From the sequence record KJ019152.1: 64,000 nt of DNA; one strand, written 5' to 3'. Within the stretch, counting starts at the first letter, position 1. Every line of letters starts with the position of its first letter. Below the pieces are notes generated by a model that worked only from the letters and a program-made list of their open reading frames with translations, made no database searches and had not been told where the DNA came from. This document shows positions 38,093-49,200 of the stretch, in pieces. A program made the translations under genes and the position numbers.

Positions 38093-41000
38093 ATGCCTCT
38101 AAATTATCTTACCGGAAGAGTAAGTAGATTACAAGTTGGATTTCCAGGGTTTTCAACAGCAAAGGACCTTACAGTTGATGTAGCAGGTGCCATTGGTATT
38201 GATACCCAAAACCCAAGAGCAGCTGCCGACTTCCCAGATGTCAGTATCCGTGGTGATATTGTTGACTCTGTTGGATTTACCGGTGGTATTGGGTATTTTC
38301 TAGCGCAAGATGTTCAGGGTGTTCGGTGGGTAGAGGCTCCACCAATCAACTCTAACGCCATCTTAGTGTTAGACAATGGAGTTATCGTTGGTGCTGGATC
38401 ATTCATTGGTTTAAACTTTGACTCTGGTAAGGATGAGGACTTCCTCTCGGTTGTTCCTGACCCACTAAACCCACAGATTGCAAAGATTGCATATGATGTT
38501 CGTTGGGTAAGATATAATTACGGTAATAATAAAGGTATCTCCACAGGTTTTGGAGATAATGGTGACTACTCCTCTATCCCTGGTTATGGAACCACAGAGG
38601 CAGTTGGTGTTACCTCAGTTGGTATTGGTACTAACCAACCACTAGATGACTTCCAAGTTGGTATTGGATCTACTGGTGTTACTATCAACGGACCTCTAGG
38701 TCTAGTTGATGCAGAAATTATTAAAGCAAAATCAATCTCGGTTGAAGGAAACCTAGAGGTTGAATCACTTATTGTTAGACCTGGTGTTGCCACTCTAACC
38801 ACTCTAGATGTATTGAACGAGGCGTTCATACCAGTAGAGTATGTTGGTTTCTCCAGCATTCAAGATGCAAATATTGATGCTCTCTTTGCTAATCAGTTAC
38901 TAGCAGGTATTACTACCCTAGGTTTCGGTGGTGAAGATGTATTCATCCTCAACGACTTATATGTTCAGGGTGGTTTAGGTACCTTCGATGGCGACGTATT
39001 CGTTGGTGGAGACCTAACTGTTAAGGGTGAGACGTTCTTCAACCAGATTAACGCAGTCAACTTATCAGTATCTGGTATTGCCACTATCGTCCAAGCGGAG
39101 ATAGCTGTTGGTTTAGTTACCGATCTAAAAGTATCTGGTTTCTCTACACTATCAGATTTCTCATTCAACATTGGTGTTGGTACATACCTAGAACTAGAAG
39201 ATCTAGATGTATCTGGTGTTGGTAGTTTTGGTGTTGTCAACTCTGGTGATATTAATGTTAGTGGTGGTTTAACCGCTAGTGAGATTGATGCAGATAAGGG
39301 ATACATTGGTATTCTCACAGCAGACTCTATTGTATCTGGTGCAGGTACTATTGGTTCTATCGAGTCTGATGGGAACCTAACAACACTTAATGATATTATT
39401 GTTGGTGGTGCTTCAACCTTCGTTGGTTTGGGTACTTTCCAAGACGATCTCTTTGTTGGTGGTGACCTCTTTGTTAGAGGTGATGTTACCTTTAAGAATA
39501 TTAATGGTGAACAACTACTAATCAGTGGTATTGGTACCATCAAGGAACTAGTCTTTGATAGTGGTATTGGAACCTCACTAGAAGTGAGAGATCAGATTAC
39601 GACTGGTATATCTACGATCAATGAAGCAGATATTCAAGATGCCGCTGTTGAGAGACTCACTGTTGGTGATGCAGAGATCATCGGTATCGCAACTATTACC
39701 GAGATTGATGTAGATAGGGGTAGAGTTGGTATCCTAACTGGTACAGACCTCTCCTATGCTGGTATCGGTACTATCACGGAGATTGATGTTGACCAGGGTA
39801 GAGTTGGTCTAGTCACTGGTGACACACTACTATACTACGAACAGTCTAGGATCAATAGAGTTACCTTCTTTGATAACTACCTATCAGTTAATCAGAGTCT
39901 AAGAGTTTCTGGTCTCTCCACCTTTGTTGGAACAGGTACATTCTTTAATGACTTGTATGTTGGTGGTGACCTATATGTTGCTGGTGAACTAAACTTCAAA
40001 CAACTCAATGGTGAGAACCTATACCTAACTGGTGTTGGTACCATCTATGATTTACGTAACACTGTTGGTTTCATTACTAACCTCTACGTAGAAGAGTCTG
40101 TAACTGGTTTAGCAACCATCAGTAGTCTAGTTGGTTCTTCCGCTACCATCACAGACTTCACTGGACAGTCACTACTCATCCAGAATCCATTCAACCCAAT
40201 GCCTTTGGATCCAACTGGGATCCCAGGACAGGGTGTTATTGATAGTCTCCTAGTTAGAAACCTAACTTCTTCTAACAACATTCTAGCCAATGACATTGAT
40301 GCCAACTTCGTTGACACCGATGATCTAAAGGCTGGTGTTGGTACTATCACTGACCTAGAGTGGACTACCGCTGTTGGTGATGACACTACTACCAATACTC
40401 TACAGGTTACTGATACAGCAACCATTAACATCATCGATGCCAATCAGATCGATGCCGAAGATGCTAATATTGGAGTTGCCACCCTCTCTAGTCTCCTAGT
40501 AACTGGTGTCACTACCTTCAAGGGTCAGGTTGATATTGAGGATATTGAGTTCGTTGACCAGAGTGTCACCGGTATTTCCTCTATCAACATCCTCAAGTTC
40601 AATGTTGGTTATGGAACTTACCTAGAGGTCACTGACTCAGTAACTGGTGTTGGAACTATTGGTCTTGCCAGTATCACAACCGCTCAGGTATCCTTCCTAG
40701 ATGTAAGAGATGAGGTAGTTGGAGCATCCACTATTGGTGTTCTATCAGTAACTGAAGGATTTGCAGTATCTGGTTTCTCCACCTTTGTTGGTTTCACTAC
40801 CTATAAAGGAGATGTATTTGTTGATGGTAACTTAACTGTTACTGGTTTCGTTAGTTTCACACAACTAAACGCTGATCAATCACAGATTGGTATCCTAACT
40901 GTATTCGATGCGTTAGACGCTAGAACGGGTGTTGGTACATTCAAACACCTAGAGACAGTAGATAGTGCAGTTCTATCAGGTGTATCTACCATTGGACTCA

Positions 41001-43699
41001 CAACCTTCAAGAATGGTGATGTTAATATCAACCGCAACTTAACAGTTGGTGGTATCACTACCTTCATTGGTAATGTTTTCATTGAGGATACTGAGTTTGT
41101 AGAACTAAGTGTTACCAATCAGGCTAACATTAACAAACTATTTGTAAACTCTGGTGTTGCAACTCAGTTTAGTATTGGTGTTGCTACTATCACCCAGTCA
41201 CTAACAGGTATCGCCACTATTGGTGACCTCAATGTAACTGGTCTTTCTACCTTCGTTGGTCTCGCTACCTTCCAGGGTGATGTTTATGTTGATAGTTACC
41301 TAGAAGTATCTAAGGATGTTGTAGTTGGTTCAGCACTAACAGTTCCTAACCTTACATTCACTGATGGTGATGGACAGTTCCTCAATATTCAGGAAGAGGT
41401 TGTTGGTGTATCCACTATTGGTTTTGCTAGTATTACAGATGAGATAGTAGGAACTTCCACTATCTTTAGATCCAATATTCGTGACCTAGCAGTATCCGGT
41501 CTCTCCACCTTTATTGGTGATGTGTTGATGGGTTCCAACCTAGATGTGGTTGGTGATATATCTGGAACTAATATATCAATTGCACAATCAGTAACCTCCG
41601 ACACCCTATTCACTAGGTTTGCTGATATTGAGGGATCCAATACTGGTGTTGCTACTATTGGTTTCGCCACTATAACCGAACTCTTCACTGAGGATCTAAC
41701 GGTTGTAGGAACCTCCACCTTCGTTGGTTTCACAACGATGACGGGAGACCTAAACATTGAGGGTAACCTTAATGTAACTGGTGTTGTTACCTTCCAACAG
41801 TTAGACGCAACTCAGTCACAGATTGGTATCCTAACGGTATTCAACTACCTAGACAACCAAGGAGACCTAAGAGTAGTTGGTTTCTCCACACTCGGTGACT
41901 TCTCAGCCAACTCCGGTATCCTTACCAGTATTGAATCTGGTGAGATTGATGTAACCGGTGATGTTTCTATCGGTGGAACACTAGGTGTTGCCGGTGAAGT
42001 TGGTTTCTCCAGTAACTTCTATACCGTTGGTATTACTACCCTCGCTTCTGGAACTGGTATTGTTACTACTGGTGGTGACCTCTATGTTGGTGGTAACCTA
42101 TTCGTATATAACGATATTGTATATGATGAAATCATTGGTCGTAACCTAGACATCAGTGGTATTGGTACTATCGCAGACCTCAGAGTGGGTCTTGGTAGTA
42201 TCGCAGACCTTAGAGGTACAACACTCAGGTATCAGACTGGTATTATTACTTCACTCAGAGCAGAAGATTCTGAAGTTGGAAGACACATTGGTACTTCAGT
42301 TGTTGTAGAGAACATAACTGCAACAGGTCCTTCTACTTTCGTTGGTGTTGTTACTACTACTAACGAACTCTTTGTTGGAACTAACCTATTCGTAGGTAAC
42401 AACGCAGATATCCAAGGTGATATCTTCGGTAGAAACCTAACACTCGAACTAAACGCCTCTGGTACTACACTAGACTTTGATTCAGGTCAGATCGATGACC
42501 TTATCTCACAGTATATACTCTCTGATGACTTGTTTGTCACTGGTATTACTACTTCAGTTGCGGCACAAATCAACTTCCTGAATGTATCTGGTGTAACTAC
42601 TTCACCTATCATTAACTCCACACTACTAACCAACTCTGGTTTAGTTACAACTGGTAGTCTATATGTTCAGGGTCTAGCACAGGTAGAAACAACTCTACTT
42701 GTAGATGGTAACTCCATCTTCAATGGTCCAGCACTCTTCAATGATACAGTTACAGTCAATGACGACATTAATGTAACAGGTGATATCACCTTCAACGATA
42801 TCAGTGGTATTAATGGTAACTTCGCTGGTATTGTTACCGCAACGAAACTCAAGTCCAACTTCCTAGAGGTTAATGGTCAAACAGCCATTACTGGTTTGGC
42901 TACCTTCTTCAGTGGATTGAATGTAAGAGGTGGTCCTCTAGTAGTAGATAATCAGATCTTCGCTAACTCTGGTTTCGTTACTACCATTCAGGGTACTGAC
43001 TTAACATATACTGATGGTATTTTCTTAGGTGATCTACAGGTCAATAAGGATACAACCATCAACCAGAACCTAAGAGTTGTTGGTATCACTACCTCAACCA
43101 ACTTAGATGTATCAGCACAAACTGAAACCTCACTACTAAGTGTAACGGGTGTAGGTACCATTCCAATCTTATACTCCACCAATGGTGAGTTTAAGACTTC
43201 ACTCAAGACGGATCAACTCTTCTTTAATACTGGTTTAGGTACATACCTCAGTGTTACTGATCTAAATGTTGTTGGTGTTGCTACTATCCCAACACTAGAC
43301 ATTGAATTCCTAGAAGCTGACAGAGCTGAAATTGGTATTCTAACCGTCACAAATAGAACTGATATCAGTGATACTTCCAGTATCTTTAGTTACAGACTAA
43401 CTACATCTGGATCAGCCACCAACGTAACTCTCTACGACTCCTCAGTTTATAGAAGTTTCGAGGCAAATATCCAAGTATCCACTGGTAGTAGTTTCCAATC
43501 TAGTAAGATGCATGGTTTGAGTGATGATAACTCTACACCAAATGTACTCTTCAATGAAACTTCTTACCTCTCTAATGGTGGTGAGTTGGCTGAGTTTGAT
43601 GTATCAGGTTCCGCTGGTAACAATGTTATCCTAACAGTTACTCCATATACAGTTGGAATTACAACCTATATACTTTCAGTAACCGCGGTAAGGGTCTAA
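38093..43699 (+). CDS. long fibre protein (1868 aa)
   Basis: Recurrent GxxTFVGxxTF..DL.VGGDL and VSGIAT motifs; compact C-terminal domain; no S74 chaperone. Confidence 0.75.
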   Translation: MPLNYLTGRVSRLQVGFPGFSTAKDLTVDVAGAIGIDTQNPRAAADFPDVSIRGDIVDSVGFTGGIGYFLAQDVQGVRWVEAPPINSNAILVLDNGVIVGAGSFIGLNFDSGKDEDFLSVVPDPLNPQIAKIAYDVRWVRYNYGNNKGISTGFGDNGDYSSIPGYGTTEAVGVTSVGIGTNQPLDDFQVGIGSTGVTINGPLGLVDAEIIKAKSISVEGNLEVESLIVRPGVATLTTLDVLNEAFIPVEYVGFSSIQDANIDALFANQLLAGITTLGFGGEDVFILNDLYVQGGLGTFDGDVFVGGDLTVKGETFFNQINAVNLSVSGIATIVQAEIAVGLVTDLKVSGFSTLSDFSFNIGVGTYLELEDLDVSGVGSFGVVNSGDINVSGGLTASEIDADKGYIGILTADSIVSGAGTIGSIESDGNLTTLNDIIVGGASTFVGLGTFQDDLFVGGDLFVRGDVTFKNINGEQLLISGIGTIKELVFDSGIGTSLEVRDQITTGISTINEADIQDAAVERLTVGDAEIIGIATITEIDVDRGRVGILTGTDLSYAGIGTITEIDVDQGRVGLVTGDTLLYYEQSRINRVTFFDNYLSVNQSLRVSGLSTFVGTGTFFNDLYVGGDLYVAGELNFKQLNGENLYLTGVGTIYDLRNTVGFITNLYVEESVTGLATISSLVGSSATITDFTGQSLLIQNPFNPMPLDPTGIPGQGVIDSLLVRNLTSSNNILANDIDANFVDTDDLKAGVGTITDLEWTTAVGDDTTTNTLQVTDTATINIIDANQIDAEDANIGVATLSSLLVTGVTTFKGQVDIEDIEFVDQSVTGISSINILKFNVGYGTYLEVTDSVTGVGTIGLASITTAQVSFLDVRDEVVGASTIGVLSVTEGFAVSGFSTFVGFTTYKGDVFVDGNLTVTGFVSFTQLNADQSQIGILTVFDALDARTGVGTFKHLETVDSAVLSGVSTIGLTTFKNGDVNINRNLTVGGITTFIGNVFIEDTEFVELSVTNQANINKLFVNSGVATQFSIGVATITQSLTGIATIGDLNVTGLSTFVGLATFQGDVYVDSYLEVSKDVVVGSALTVPNLTFTDGDGQFLNIQEEVVGVSTIGFASITDEIVGTSTIFRSNIRDLAVSGLSTFIGDVLMGSNLDVVGDISGTNISIAQSVTSDTLFTRFADIEGSNTGVATIGFATITELFTEDLTVVGTSTFVGFTTMTGDLNIEGNLNVTGVVTFQQLDATQSQIGILTVFNYLDNQGDLRVVGFSTLGDFSANSGILTSIESGEIDVTGDVSIGGTLGVAGEVGFSSNFYTVGITTLASGTGIVTTGGDLYVGGNLFVYNDIVYDEIIGRNLDISGIGTIADLRVGLGSIADLRGTTLRYQTGIITSLRAEDSEVGRHIGTSVVVENITATGPSTFVGVVTTTNELFVGTNLFVGNNADIQGDIFGRNLTLELNASGTTLDFDSGQIDDLISQYILSDDLFVTGITTSVAAQINFLNVSGVTTSPIINSTLLTNSGLVTTGSLYVQGLAQVETTLLVDGNSIFNGPALFNDTVTVNDDINVTGDITFNDISGINGNFAGIVTATKLKSNFLEVNGQTAITGLATFFSGLNVRGGPLVVDNQIFANSGFVTTIQGTDLTYTDGIFLGDLQVNKDTTINQNLRVVGITTSTNLDVSAQTETSLLSVTGVGTIPILYSTNGEFKTSLKTDQLFFNTGLGTYLSVTDLNVVGVATIPTLDIEFLEADRAEIGILTVTNRTDISDTSSIFSYRLTTSGSATNVTLYDSSVYRSFEANIQVSTGSSFQSSKMHGLSDDNSTPNVLFNETSYLSNGGELAEFDVSGSAGNNVILTVTPYTVGITTYILSVTAVRV

Positions 43700-43770
43700 A
43701 ACACCTCTCCCACTCCCTCTATAAATATCTGTATATCTAACACTGCAGATTATAGGGGGAATGTGAACCC

Positions 43771-46203
43771 GTGGCGAATCAGAATTTTCGTGTCAAAAAA
43801 GGTATAGAAGTTGGCTTAGGTGCCACTTTTCTATACGCAGACGACAGTGGAGTTGGCATTAATAGTGCTAGCCCACGATCAAACCTAGACGTTCGAGGTA
43901 GATCCCAAACAGAGGAACTACTGGTAGACAACTATGCAGAGGTGCAAGGACCCTCTACATTCGTTGGACTAGGTACCTTTGGGGGTGACCTCTTTGTATT
44001 CAATGATATCAAGTATGATGAGATTAATGGTAGAAACCTAAACATCTCTGGTATCTCCACACTTGGTTTCACTTCTATCTCCGACATCAGAGTATCTGGT
44101 GGTTCTACCTTCTTAGGTAATGTAGAGATTGATGGAAACCTAGATGTAACTGGTGACCTAACCTTTGATGAGTTTGATGCCACTAACGCTAACATCACTG
44201 GTATTGCCACTATTGGTAACCTACTAGCGGGTGTGGGAACTATCACCACACTATCATCTACTGATGGTGAGATTACAACACTAACCTCTACTGATACTGT
44301 TGTTGGTACTCTAACCGCCACTGATGCCACTATCACTACACTAGGTGTTACTGATAGTATAGTTGGAACCTCTACCATTACAACACTCAGTGTTACTGAT
44401 AGTGTAGTTGGAACTTCTACTATCACAACACTCAACTTCACTGATGGTGTTGGAGTAGCACTCACACTCACTGACCTCAATGTTCTAGGTGAAGCTAACC
44501 TCAATGGTTCTGGTATCGCAACCGCTGGTTCTGATATAGAGTTTAGGAACCTCAGTATTACTGGTCTCTCCACCTTTGTTGGTGTAGCAACCTTCCAAGA
44601 TGACTTGTATGTGGCAGGTAACCTGAATGTATTGGGTGACCTAACCTATGATGAAGTGAATGGTAGAAACCTTAACATCTCTGGTATCGCTACCATTGGT
44701 TTCGCCTCTATCACAGACCTAAGAGTATCTGGTGTAACTACCTTCCTCGGTCCTGTTAATATCGATGGTGGTCAGCAAACCGACTTCATTCAAACCACAG
44801 ACTTGATTGTCACTGGTGTTGCCACTATTGGTTACGCAACTGTCACTAAGTTGATCGCTGATCACAGTGATATGAGGAACCTGAATGTATCAGGTATCGC
44901 CACTATTGGTAGTCTCGTATCAGATGGTAATGGTGGAATCATTGTAGATGGTGCTGTATCTATCAGTGGTATTGTTACTATTGGTGAAAACTCTATCATT
45001 CTCGATGGTAGAAAGGATGTAGAAGCAATCTACTTGGGTGATACAGGAAGAGCAATCGTCTCTGGTATTACTACTGATGGTAAGAGAACTTATGTCAAAT
45101 TTGATGATGGTAGATTTGATAGACTAAATGTATCTGGTATCTCTACCTTCAATGATGTAGTATCCACATCATCTACTATCACTAACCTAGATGTAACCAC
45201 AGCAACTGTTGGTTTCCTAACCGCAACTCAGGGTTATGTTGGAGTTCTAACCGTTGGAAACCTCAGTAATGGTGGTGGCGGTTCTGTTATCGGTGAGGAC
45301 ATTACTACCAGAAACCTCAGTGTAACTGGTGTATCTACCTTCGCAGGTATTGTTACTACTACTGGTGACCTCTATGTAGGTGGTGACCTCTTTGTATTCA
45401 ATGATATCTTCTATGATGAAATCAATGGTAGAAACCTGAATATCACTGGTGTCGCCACCATCGGTTACTCCTCTATCACTGATGTAAGAGTTGCCGGTGT
45501 GGCAACATTCCTAGGTGATGTGAATATCTCTGGTGTTACTTCTGTAACCACACTGGAGGCAACTGGCATTGATGCCTATCGGGTTACTACTCAGAGATTG
45601 ATCGTACCTGATGATGGTTTCGTACAACTACCTGGTATCCCAGTTAGTGGTGGTTCCGCTGAGTTCTCAGAACTATTAATAACTGGTATATCTAGTTTCG
45701 TTGGAGTCGCCACCTTCAAGGATGATGTGTATATCGATGGTGACTTTATTGTTGGTGGATCTCAGGTTATTGATAATGTTGCTACTGAGAACATTATCAT
45801 CAGTGGTATTGCTACAATAAGAACAGGTGAGATCACTGAACTAAATGTAGGAATTGCTACAGTTGGATTCCTCACAGCCACTGATGGATACATTGGAGTT
45901 CTAACAGCTCAGAACTACACTTCACTCTCTGATGAGAGACTCAAGTCTAACATTGAAACTATTGATGATGCTCTAGCGGGTGTTCTCAGACTCGATGGTG
46001 TAATGTTCCAGTGGAATAATACTGGCAAAACTGATATGGGTGTTATCGCCCAACAGGTGGAGGCGGTATTCCCCGAGATCGTACATGGGGATGATACAAA
46101 GGGAGTCAATTATAACGGTCTTATTGGTGTACTGATCGAAGCAGTCAAGGAACTCAAAGTAGAAAACGATAGTCTCAGAGAGAGACTAGACAGACTGGAG
46201 TGA
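43771..46203 (+). CDS. fibre protein with C-terminal peptidase S74 intramolecular chaperone
   Basis: GTG start after a late promoter; SDERLKSNIETI...GVIAQQVE...LIEAVKELK. Confidence 0.85.
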   Translation: MANQNFRVKKGIEVGLGATFLYADDSGVGINSASPRSNLDVRGRSQTEELLVDNYAEVQGPSTFVGLGTFGGDLFVFNDIKYDEINGRNLNISGISTLGFTSISDIRVSGGSTFLGNVEIDGNLDVTGDLTFDEFDATNANITGIATIGNLLAGVGTITTLSSTDGEITTLTSTDTVVGTLTATDATITTLGVTDSIVGTSTITTLSVTDSVVGTSTITTLNFTDGVGVALTLTDLNVLGEANLNGSGIATAGSDIEFRNLSITGLSTFVGVATFQDDLYVAGNLNVLGDLTYDEVNGRNLNISGIATIGFASITDLRVSGVTTFLGPVNIDGGQQTDFIQTTDLIVTGVATIGYATVTKLIADHSDMRNLNVSGIATIGSLVSDGNGGIIVDGAVSISGIVTIGENSIILDGRKDVEAIYLGDTGRAIVSGITTDGKRTYVKFDDGRFDRLNVSGISTFNDVVSTSSTITNLDVTTATVGFLTATQGYVGVLTVGNLSNGGGGSVIGEDITTRNLSVTGVSTFAGIVTTTGDLYVGGDLFVFNDIFYDEINGRNLNITGVATIGYSSITDVRVAGVATFLGDVNISGVTSVTTLEATGIDAYRVTTQRLIVPDDGFVQLPGIPVSGGSAEFSELLITGISSFVGVATFKDDVYIDGDFIVGGSQVIDNVATENIIISGIATIRTGEITELNVGIATVGFLTATDGYIGVLTAQNYTSLSDERLKSNIETIDDALAGVLRLDGVMFQWNNTGKTDMGVIAQQVEAVFPEIVHGDDTKGVNYNGLIGVLIEAVKELKVENDSLRERLDRLE

Positions 46204-46261
46204 TAAATACAAATACGGCTCAATGAGCCCTTTTGTACGTACACAAAGGAGAAAAACCTAA

Positions 46262-49200
46262 ATGGCATATTTACTTTCTAATGGGGGCGTTATTATTAAC
46301 GACTCCAGAGAAATCGTAAATGCTGGGGTTGTAACTGCTACTGCGTTCTTTGGGGACGGTTCTGGTTTATCTGGAATCGCAACCATTTCTGATGGGGGAA
46401 TCTCCATCGGCGACGCAAACATCACTGGAAACTTAAATGTTTCTGGTATTTCTACCGTAGAATTCTTAAACGCTTCTGACATTAATGTCGGCGGTGCTTT
46501 AACAGTCACAGGTGATCTATCTGTCGGTGGTGATTTATCTTTTGATGAGGTTTCTGGTAGAAACCTAAACATCACTGGTATTTCCACACTCGGAACAGTT
46601 AAGATTTCAAATGGCATTGTAACCGCCACTAGTGGCGTTGTTACATATTACGGTGATGGTAGCAATCTAACCGGCATTGACATCACAGATAGTGATGTAA
46701 GACTCAGAAACCTTTCGGTTACTGGTGTCTCTACATTCACAGGTGATGTATCTTTTGGAGCAAACGCTTCTCTAGTAGGCGACCTAACTTCTGGTCGTAA
46801 CGCAAACCTTTCAGGTATTGCGACAGTAAATGATATCTATATTGATAACTTACTTTATGATTCCAACAATAATGTTGGAGCAGCTGGTTCAATTCTTGTA
46901 ACCGCAGGTGGAAAGTTACAGTGGCTACCGCCCGATCAAGCGGGTATTGCTACAGTATTCCAACCAGGAAATACATTCTTTGTTTCTAAGAATGGTGATG
47001 ATAGTAGTGATGGTCTCTCCATGGAGAAATCATTTGCTACCATTTCCTACGCTCTGTCTCAGATTTCATCAGGGACAAACAACGTTCTCTTAATCACCGC
47101 TGGTGATTATGAAGAAGTATTCCCACTATCAGTTCCCGATGGACTGACTGTTAAGGGTGTTGGACAACGTGCGGTTCTAGTTAGACCCACTTCAGCTACA
47201 GAAACCAACGATGGTTTCCAACTTGGTAACGCATCCACAGTTGAAGATTTGACCATTGGTCAGATGTTTAAACCTCAAGGTGCTTCCAATAATAACTACG
47301 CTTTCACATATAGAAGTGGTGCTACCATTTCATCTCGTGGACCTTATGTTTCTAGAGTTACGGTTCTAAACAAAGGTAGCGTAACTTCTACCTCTGACCC
47401 ATTTGGATATGGTTCAGCTGATGCTTATCCAACGACTGCCCCTGGTGGTGCTGGTGTATTGGCTGATGGTAGTGTTCTTAACTCCGCCTCACTAGAAGCC
47501 TCATTCCTACTTAACGAAGTCACCACCTTCACTGCCGGTAACATCGGTATTGATATGGTCAACGGTGCTCGTGTTGAGTGGTTGAATGGTTTCTCCTACT
47601 TCGCATCCGAGGGTGTTAAAGGTAGAGCTGACCAGTCAACTGGTTTGTATGGTGCAGGTAAGACGAGACTAAGAGTTGAGAACGCCTCTGGTGGTCTAGT
47701 CAATGGTAATACCATTGAACTCTATGATATTGATGGCACGACTAGCCTTGCTAGTGGTACTATTGACGGCACCAGTGGTGCATACACGACCCTGACTACT
47801 GGTGGTACTGGTACCTTCGCTATTGCAGGAAGTCGTAAGGCGAAAGCTGCCTCATTCGTTGATACAGCCTCTCTATCTACAACACAAGCCAAATTCGGGA
47901 ATGCTTCACTAGATGTAACTGGTCAGTCTACTGATTGTATCAATGTTGATCCAAGCAGTGACTTCGGTTTCGGTACTGGTGACTTTACAGCTGAATTCTG
48001 GTTGTATAGAACATCAGCTACTGCTGGTGCTACTATTCTCGATATGAGAGATGCAGCTGATACTGATTCAGCTCTATCTATTAGAGAGAACACTAGTGAT
48101 GTTATTGAAGTTCTTGTCGGCAACTCTGTTGTTCTAACTTCATCCACAAGTGCTATTGGTAATGCCGCTTGGTATCACATTGCTGTTGCCCGTTTGGGTA
48201 GCACAATGGAACTATTCATTAATGGTGCCCAGGAAGCTTCAGCATCCAATTCATCTGACTTAGGTCTAAGCCAGTCACTCACCTTTGGTGCTGACTATGC
48301 TAACGCCAATGGTACTATTGCGTTCTTAGATGAACTCCGTATCGAGAAGGGTGCTGCTAAGTACACGAATCCGTTTACTCCTTCCACTGTACCCCTTGAG
48401 GGTGACCGTGGTACAGCTATCCTACTCCACTTTGATGGATCAAATGGAGCAACTGAAGCTCCTGATGATATTCAGATATTCCAGGATATCCGTATCAGTG
48501 GTGGTAACACAGCTGATAGACTATCACTTGCTGACTACAGTCAGTTTGGTGCTGAGTTGCGTTCCTCTGGTTGTGCTGTTGAGTATGGTAACAAAGGTGT
48601 CGTCGGAGACGGTGCTGGTGTTGCTCTAAGACTCATCGGTATTAACTTCAGTTTCGTAGGTGCCCTAGGTGATCTAACTAACGATCCAAACCTAGCCGTT
48701 CAGGCTAATGAAGTTACAGAAACCAACAATGCTGAGGTATCTTTCACCAGTATTGATCAAGGTGGTGACTTCCGTGTTGGTGAATCCTTCTATGTTAACC
48801 AGGAAACTGGTGATGTATCATTCAACAACACAACAACTGATCTAACCTCACTATCTAGTCTAACCATCACTGATGGTACTAACAACTCACTTATCACTCC
48901 TACCTCTGGTAGATTTGGTAATGTTCAGATCTCTGGACAGCAAGTTGCTTCTGTATCTGGTGACCTAGACCTAGTAACCGCTGGTGGTGGTGAAGTTAAC
49001 ATCTACGGTAATACTAACGTTGTTGGTATTCTAACCGCACAGGTTGTTGAGATCAACGCTATCCAGAAGGGTGATACTTCTATCGCTCTAGATGATACCG
49101 GTACTGATGGTACTATCCGGTTTAACACCGATGGTTCTGAGGCAGGTAGATTCACTAAGGATAACGACCTTGCAGTAACACACAACTTCCGCGTTGGTGG